A stretch of 64,000 nt of DNA from Oceanispirochaeta sp. GTDB taxonomy: Bacteria; Spirochaetota; Spirochaetia; DSM-2461. The DNA lies in NCBI GenBank assembly GCA_963666275.2, contig CAXXOA010000001.1, positions 672,001 through 736,000 on the forward strand, in the 5' to 3' direction. Of this stretch, positions 58,059 to 64,000 are shown in pieces (the first letter of the stretch is position 1; every line of letters begins with the position of its first letter). A program made the translations under genes and the position numbers. Under the pieces are notes generated by a model that did not search any database, was not told where the DNA came from, and saw nothing but the letters and a program-made list of their open reading frames with translations.

Positions 58059-59885
58059 ATGGCGATTATCCGGAAAAATTCGGCTGATCTCCAGGACGAT
58101 CCTGCAGCGGTCACGGAAGGTGACGCACAAAAAGAATTGGACCTGGATCCTGTATCTGAAGTAAACACAGATGATACGGAAGAGAAAGAACCACGTACCG
58201 TTAAAGTTAAAAAAGCAACTGTAAAAAAGAAAGCTGCCGTAAAAAAATCAGAAACCTCAGAAAGTGATGCTTCCGATGAGAGCATTTCAGAAAACTCTGA
58301 TAACAGTGAGGCTCCTCAGGCCGAGGAAGTCAAGGTCGTTGTTCCCCGCAAACGGTTGAGGAAAAAGAAAGAATCCGAAGATCAGATCACTGAAGACTTT
58401 TCCGGACCCGCAGAAACTCCTGCAGACGAAGAGAATGAAGACAATCCCGAGGACATGGATTCTCAGGATGATTTCAGAGATTCCGACAAAAAGGACACTG
58501 CCGGTCGAAACGGCTCTGCCAAAAGATCCGGCAGTTCCTACAACCGGAGAAAAAACGGCAAATCCCGCCGGGATCATAACAAGGTTACCCAGCGTCAGGC
58601 TTCTCTTCCCACAGATGACCAGCCCCGTATAACCATCAATGACCTGTCTATCATGACAATGCCCGGCCTGCGTCAGTACGCCCAGGATATGGAGCTCGGC
58701 CGGGATGATCTGATTACGCTTAAAAAGCAGGAGATCATCTTTGCCATCCTGAAAACACATATTGAGAGGAACGGGGTTATTTTCGCCTATGGCGCCCTTG
58801 AAATACTTCCCGACGGATATGGTTTTCTCCGGTCTCCCCAGAACTCCTATCTGCCCGGTAGTGATGATATCTACATTTCCCCCTCCCAGATCAGACTTTT
58901 CAATCTGAAAACAGGTGATACTGTCTACGGACAGATCCGGTCTCCCAAGGAAGGGGAACGGTTCTTTGCCATGCTCAGGGTTGTCAGTGTCAACTTCGAT
59001 GATCCCGGTGTGGCTCAGACAAGAATCTCTTTTGAGAACCTTACACCTCTGTATCCCAAGCAGAGACTGGATATGGAGTCTAAAGTTCCCGATCCTTCAA
59101 CAAGAATGATCAATCTTTTCTGTCCCATCGGTAAAGGTCAGAGGGGACTGATCGTATCACCGCCCCGTTCGGGAAAAACAGTGATACTCCAGAAAATAGC
59201 CAATGCCATTACCGAGAATCATCCGGAAGTTCAGCTCATCGTTCTGCTGATTGATGAAAGACCTGAAGAAGTTACCGATATGAGACGGAGTGTTCAGGGA
59301 GAGGTTATCGCATCAACCTTCGACGAACAGGCCAGCAGGCATGTACAGGTCGCTGAAATGGTTCTTGAAAAAGCCCGGAGACTGGTGGAGCATAAAAAAG
59401 ATGTTGTAATCCTTCTGGATTCCATTACACGTCTTGCCAGAGCCTACAATCAGACTGTTCCCACATCGGGAAAGATCCTGTCCGGTGGTGTAGACTCCAA
59501 CGCTCTGCACCGACCTAAACGATTTTTCGGTGCCGCCCGTAATATCGAAGACGGAGGCAGCCTGACCATCGTAGCCACAGCTCTGATCGAAACAGGCAGC
59601 CGTATGGATGAAGTTATCTTTGAAGAGTTCAAAGGTACCGGTAATATGGAGCTTGTGCTGGACAGAAGACTGGCGGACAAAAGGGTTTTTCCTGCCATCA
59701 ACATTAAGAAATCGGGAACAAGAAAAGAAGATCTCCTTCTTACAAGCGAAGAGCTGAATAAGATGTGGATCCTCAGAAAAGTTCTGAGCCCCATGGATGA
59801 TATGGAAGTTACCGAGATGATTGTTGACAAAATGCGGAAAACCAAGAATAATGAGGCGTTCCTGAAATCTATGAATACAACATAG
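58059..59885 (+). CDS. rho: Transcription termination factor Rho with long N-terminal extension
   Basis: [56 protein letters not shown]. Confidence 0.98.
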   Translation: MAIIRKNSADLQDDPAAVTEGDAQKELDLDPVSEVNTDDTEEKEPRTVKVKKATVKKKAAVKKSETSESDASDESISENSDNSEAPQAEEVKVVVPRKRLRKKKESEDQITEDFSGPAETPADEENEDNPEDMDSQDDFRDSDKKDTAGRNGSAKRSGSSYNRRKNGKSRRDHNKVTQRQASLPTDDQPRITINDLSIMTMPGLRQYAQDMELGRDDLITLKKQEIIFAILKTHIERNGVIFAYGALEILPDGYGFLRSPQNSYLPGSDDIYISPSQIRLFNLKTGDTVYGQIRSPKEGERFFAMLRVVSVNFDDPGVAQTRISFENLTPLYPKQRLDMESKVPDPSTRMINLFCPIGKGQRGLIVSPPRSGKTVILQKIANAITENHPEVQLIVLLIDERPEEVTDMRRSVQGEVIASTFDEQASRHVQVAEMVLEKARRLVEHKKDVVILLDSITRLARAYNQTVPTSGKILSGGVDSNALHRPKRFFGAARNIEDGGSLTIVATALIETGSRMDEVIFEEFKGTGNMELVLDRRLADKRVFPAINIKKSGTRKEDLLLTSEELNKMWILRKVLSPMDDMEVTEMIVDKMRKTKNNEAFLKSMNTT

Positions 59886-59944
59886 GTTCGAATAAGCAAT
59901 TAACGGGGTCTTTGAAGCGGAGATCTCTTGGAGGATAGAAGATT

Positions 59945-60154
59945 ATGAAAGAAGGAATACATCCTAACTATGTGGATGCAAAAGTAACTTGTGCCTGTGG
60001 TAACGTCATTGAGACTCGTTCTACACAGGGTGATATGGAAGTTGAAATCTGCAGTTCCTGCCACCCCTTTTATACAGGGAAGCAGAAACTGGTTGATACT
60101 GCCGGTCGTGTTGAAAGATTCAACAGAAAATACGGTATTAAAAGCAAAGACTGA
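59945..60154 (+). CDS. rpmE: 50S ribosomal protein L31 (Zn-binding form)
   Basis: [29 protein letters not shown]. Confidence 0.97.
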   Translation: MKEGIHPNYVDAKVTCACGNVIETRSTQGDMEVEICSSCHPFYTGKQKLVDTAGRVERFNRKYGIKSKD

Positions 60155-60179
60155 TAGAGAATATCAGCCTTTTAGAAGG

Positions 60180-60209
60180 AGCTGTCACGGTTGTGACAGC
60201 TTTTTTTTT
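60180..60209 (+). terminator. Intrinsic terminator after rpmE
   Basis: agctgtcac-ggtt-gtgacagct followed by a long T-run. Confidence 0.9.
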
Positions 60210-60315
60210 GCTCTGGGGGCTCTAATTTCTTTCTATGGTAATTTTTATTGAAATATTAGTTAACATGTCTTACTATAAAAGTGGGTTTTTCACATCAGTG
60301 TTACAGGACTAGATA

Positions 60316-61458
60316 ATGGATGAGATTCACAGTCTCCATAAGACGGCCCATGGGAATGCTCCTCAAATAACTGTAAAGGTTCCCGGTAAAATAGATCTTA
60401 TGGGGGAGCATACGGAATATTATGGGGGACTCGTTCTTTCATTTGCCGTAAACAAATACCTATACGTCTCTTTGTCCGAGCGGCAGGATAATTCACTTCG
60501 CTGTTTTTCACGGAATTACAATGAGAGAAAGAAATCCTCTCTCTCTGGATTGAAATACAAGAGAGAAGACCGCTGGGCCAACTATGTCAAAGGGGCTGTG
60601 GCTGTAATGATGCAGCTCGGATGCCCCGTGAAAGGGCTGGATATCACCATTGACAGTGAAATACCCGAACAGGTGGGGCTGGGATCTTCTTCGGCACTGA
60701 CCCTGGCGGTTGTCTGCGCTCTCAGAGATTTCTACAGTTTTGAAATATCTGATATTCAGCTTGTCGAAGCCGCCCGGCTTGCGGAACTCAAATTTATGAA
60801 AAAGGATCCGGGGCTGACGGCCTGTTCTGTCGCTTATTACAGCGAAGAGGGACGGGCTCTTCTGATCGATACAAAAACTATGGATATGGGTTATATCGAT
60901 CTGGAGTTTGATCCCATTGTTATTCTGATTACAGATTCCCATGTGCCCAACGGCGCCGGTTACGATGAAACAGAGGACCTGGGGAAAAATAATGAAGAAT
61001 GCCTGACCGCTTTGAACCAGCTGCGGAAGAATCAGCCCATCAGAGAGCTTTCGGCCAAGGATTTGAGGGTCGGGCTTGAGAGCTATCCCGAGCTTGTAAG
61101 ACGCCGCTGTCTTCATGTGGTTCAGGAGTATCACCGGGTGGAAGAGGTCAGAGAGGCCCTGGCTGCTAAAGACCTGGCAGGTGTAGGGAAGCTGATGACC
61201 AGGTCTCATGAAAGTCTGCGGGATCTCCTTGAAATATCCTGTCCCGAGCTGGACTGGCTTGTTAAAAGAGCCAATGAAACCAACGGTGTCTTCGGAGCCC
61301 GGATGATCGGCAATGGATTCGGCGGGTGTACAATAAACCTGATAAATGTTAATAATATTTCATTGTACGATGAACATCTGGAAGAGTATGACCGGATTTT
61401 CGGCTTCAAAGCAGACCATTTTATCTGTCGGCCCGTATCAGGTGTGAAGTTTCAATAA
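60316..61458 (+). CDS. Galactokinase-like GHMP protein with altered catalytic motifs
   Basis: PGKIDLMGEHTEY, WANYVKG, GLGSSSA, SHESLRD, GARMIGNGFGG. Confidence 0.8.
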   Translation: MDEIHSLHKTAHGNAPQITVKVPGKIDLMGEHTEYYGGLVLSFAVNKYLYVSLSERQDNSLRCFSRNYNERKKSSLSGLKYKREDRWANYVKGAVAVMMQLGCPVKGLDITIDSEIPEQVGLGSSSALTLAVVCALRDFYSFEISDIQLVEAARLAELKFMKKDPGLTACSVAYYSEEGRALLIDTKTMDMGYIDLEFDPIVILITDSHVPNGAGYDETEDLGKNNEECLTALNQLRKNQPIRELSAKDLRVGLESYPELVRRRCLHVVQEYHRVEEVREALAAKDLAGVGKLMTRSHESLRDLLEISCPELDWLVKRANETNGVFGARMIGNGFGGCTINLINVNNISLYDEHLEEYDRIFGFKADHFICRPVSGVKFQ

Positions 61459-61481
61459 TTCAAACCGAGAGAAATGCTTTC

Positions 61482-62231
61482 ATGAAAATACTTATTACCA
61501 ACGATGACGGAGTAAACAGCCCGGGGCTTCAGGTCCTGAAAGAGGTTGTCTCGCGGAAGCATGAGGTCTGGGTTATGGCTCCCAGTGGAGACCAGAGCGG
61601 CGTCTCCCAATCCATTACGCTGCGGGATCCTGTTAAGATTCAAAATGTGGAAGAGAATGTCTGGTCCTGCGGCGGTACTCCAACGGACTGCGTCGTCTAT
61701 GGTTCCGGCGGTTTTCTGCCAGTCTCATTTGATATGGTTCTTTCGGGGATCAATATCGGTTCCAATGTAGGAACAGATCTTATCTATTCGGGGACAGCCG
61801 CAGCAGCAAGGCAGGCGGCTCTTCATGACATCCCTGCAATAGCCATCTCTCTGGACAAGTTTCAGGGGCCTTTTCCTTTTACAGAAATCGCGGAGTTTGT
61901 TCTGGAAAGACTGGAGGATCTTCACAGTCAGTGGGACAGTTCCTTTTTTTACAATATGAATTTCCCACCGGAAATTACGGCGGATACGCCCATGGTCTGG
62001 ACAAGACCGGGGCGGCGGAAATACCATGATGAAGTGGTTCAGATGAAATCACCCCGGGGTGAGGGCGTCTACTGTTTTCTGAAAGGCAATATTGTTTCCA
62101 GCGAGCAGACCGAGGGGACAGATGTTTTTGAAGTCAAACGGGGAAGAGTCACCCTGTCGGCTGTGTCAATCTTACCGGTCGTGGTCAGTCATATGGGTGA
62201 CGTACCGGAGAAAGCGGAGGCAGGTCACTGA
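61482..62231 (+). CDS. surE: 5'/3'-nucleotidase SurE
   Basis: ILITNDDG, QSG, GTPTDCV, SGINIGSN, YSGT. Confidence 0.95.
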   Translation: MKILITNDDGVNSPGLQVLKEVVSRKHEVWVMAPSGDQSGVSQSITLRDPVKIQNVEENVWSCGGTPTDCVVYGSGGFLPVSFDMVLSGINIGSNVGTDLIYSGTAAAARQAALHDIPAIAISLDKFQGPFPFTEIAEFVLERLEDLHSQWDSSFFYNMNFPPEITADTPMVWTRPGRRKYHDEVVQMKSPRGEGVYCFLKGNIVSSEQTEGTDVFEVKRGRVTLSAVSILPVVVSHMGDVPEKAEAGH

Positions 62232-62902
62232 TGTCAAACAGGGATGATGGACTGAAATTGTATGAGAACGGCCTCTACGAAGATGCCCTTGATGCTCTTA
62301 TGTCAGAGGATATCGACCCGGTTGAAGATGCGGAGCTCTCCTATCTGATCGGTCTCTGCTATACCCGTACAGGGGAGTTCAATGCAGCAGTCTTTTATCT
62401 TGAAAAATCTCTGGAGCTGGACAATTCCTTTCTACGGGCCTATCAGATCCGTATGGTCCTCTCCTATATCTACAATGTGACAGCCAATTATCCTGCTGCG
62501 GAAATGCAGCTTCGGCAGGTACTGAAGGACGGTTTTGAATCCTCCCAGATCTACTCCTCTCTGGGGTATACCCTCTGGAATAAAGGGAGTATTCCCGAAG
62601 CAATTGACAGTTTAACCAAAGCATTGGAACTGGATCCGGAGAATCCCAACACACTGAATTCTCTGGGGTATATAATGGCGGAAGAGAGTCTTAATCCTGA
62701 AAAAGCCGTAGAGTACTGCCGTCAGGCCGTGGGGATGAATCCCGGAAACGGAAATTATCTTGATTCTCTGGGTTGGGCTCTTTTCAAGAACGGAGAGGTT
62801 GAAGAAGCCCGGTACAATCTTGAAAAAGCCGTGGGCATCAATCAGGACAGCCCTGAAATTCGGGAGCATTTGAATGTGCTGGAGAGGTATGAAAAATTCT
62901 AG
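62231..62902 (+). CDS. TPR-repeat protein
   Basis: ALELDPENPNTLNSLGY, YLDSLGWALFK. Confidence 0.9.
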   Translation: MSNRDDGLKLYENGLYEDALDALMSEDIDPVEDAELSYLIGLCYTRTGEFNAAVFYLEKSLELDNSFLRAYQIRMVLSYIYNVTANYPAAEMQLRQVLKDGFESSQIYSSLGYTLWNKGSIPEAIDSLTKALELDPENPNTLNSLGYIMAEESLNPEKAVEYCRQAVGMNPGNGNYLDSLGWALFKNGEVEEARYNLEKAVGINQDSPEIREHLNVLERYEKF

Positions 62903-64000
62903 AGTTATTGCTGGGGTAGGTATTCTTCTTTTATTCCTTTCCCTGCCGGCGGTCCTTTCCGCTCAGCAGGAGAGTCTGGATTCGGTTTCCATCAAAGCCG
63001 CCGAGGAGTTCCGCTGGGGAGTTGTTTCCTTTCACGAAGGGCTTTTCAATAAAGCCATTCTCTCTCTGGAGAAATCTCTGGCAATGGATCCGGATAATAC
63101 TCTGACACGGTTCTGGCTGGGACGCAGCTACTATCAGTCGGGCTACGAGGAAGCGGCTCTGAATGAGTGGCAGAACCTTATGGATACGGGAAATGCCGGT
63201 TCCACACTGATGAGTTTTGCTGAAATAATCACAGACAGAAGAGGGCTTTCCCGTGAGTTAAAGTCCAGTGACCGCCTTGTTGAACTCTATGATATCCCCC
63301 GGGAGCAGGAGGGATTTACTTTTTATAACCGTCCTGTTTCTGTGAATGCCTCTCCCGCTGGAGACGGCAGTTTCTATCTTCTCTCCTATCTCAATGGAGA
63401 TCTCCTTCAGATCAGTACTACCGGTCGGGTTTCTCATGTGCTCTCCGGAGGTGTCCTGGGTTTCGACAGGCCCTTTGATATGGACTTCCTGACAGACGGA
63501 GAACTTGTGGTTTCGGAATACGGAGCTGACAGAATTTCCATCTGCTCCCGTCAGGGATTCAGGATCAGGACCATAGGCTCCACCGGAACCGGCGAGGGAG
63601 AGCTTCTGGGGCCCCAGTATCTGCGGGTTTCCGATGACGGTTACATCTATGTCTCAGAATGGGGAAACCGCCGGGTCAGCAAGTTTAATCTGGATGGAGA
63701 GTTTATCCTCTCCTTTGGAAGACCCCGGGCGGACTTCGCAGGCCTCAGAGGTCCCAGCGGACTGGAACTGCGAAACGGTTTTGTTTATATCGCCGATTCT
63801 ATGACTGGAAAAATTGAGGTCTTCGACCAGAGCGGAAACTATATTCGGACTCTTATCCGGGAGGGCCTTCAGGCTCCGGAGGATCTTCTTTTTACAGATG
63901 ACAACTCCCTCCTCATTGCTGACGAGGGACAGGTTCTGGTTTACGATCTGGAGAATGACATCCTTTCTGTGGCTTCTGACCTGGCCGGAGCGGGGAAGCG
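62889..64000 (+). CDS. Exported TPR + NHL-repeat protein, 3'-truncated by window edge (resembles spirochete flagellar-collar BB0236/FlcD-type proteins)
   Basis: Not in ORF track; MKNSRVIAGVGILLLFLSLPAVLSA signal, AEEFRWGVVSFH..AILSLEKSL TPR, GSTGTGEGELLGPQY and YVSEWGNRRVSKF NHL motifs. Confidence 0.75.
   Translation, partial: MKNSRVIAGVGILLLFLSLPAVLSAQQESLDSVSIKAAEEFRWGVVSFHEGLFNKAILSLEKSLAMDPDNTLTRFWLGRSYYQSGYEEAALNEWQNLMDTGNAGSTLMSFAEIITDRRGLSRELKSSDRLVELYDIPREQEGFTFYNRPVSVNASPAGDGSFYLLSYLNGDLLQISTTGRVSHVLSGGVLGFDRPFDMDFLTDGELVVSEYGADRISICSRQGFRIRTIGSTGTGEGELLGPQYLRVSDDGYIYVSEWGNRRVSKFNLDGEFILSFGRPRADFAGLRGPSGLELRNGFVYIADSMTGKIEVFDQSGNYIRTLIREGLQAPEDLLFTDDNSLLIADEGQVLVYDLENDILSVASDLAGAGK

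Overview
64 kb of a bacterial chromosome, most likely a free-living spirochete (Spirochaetaceae-like), judged from the right-hand gene block (tatD, M23 peptidase, bactofilin, YaaR, PSP1, rpsT, HU, lnt, CinA, rho, rpmE, galK-like, surE, TPR/NHL protein). The left part (1-27 kb) is accessory: a B12-type radical SAM enzyme, HD/GNAT/PHP enzymes, a tripartite tricarboxylate transporter, four sensor kinases and MFS transporters. The centre holds leuA-leuB, an intact-looking IS1182-family element and the most striking locus: a tightly coupled operon cysD-cysN(C)-cysteate synthase-(alpha-oxoamine synthase, CapB-like)-APS reductase, a convergent SulP permease, and a 1114-aa fusion of 2-oxoacid dehydrogenase E1alpha/E1beta, a lipoyl domain and FabH. 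By inference this reads as a sulfonolipid (capnine-type) pathway with a dedicated branched-chain acyl primer supply, in a phylum where I do not know it to be described. Also seen: several small ORFs missed by the ORF track, a four-copy TetR operator, a candidate attenuator leader, an internally deleted hydrolase remnant and REP-like repeats. No rRNA, tRNA or CRISPR array was recognised. All assignments come from motif recognition by eye, without database searches.
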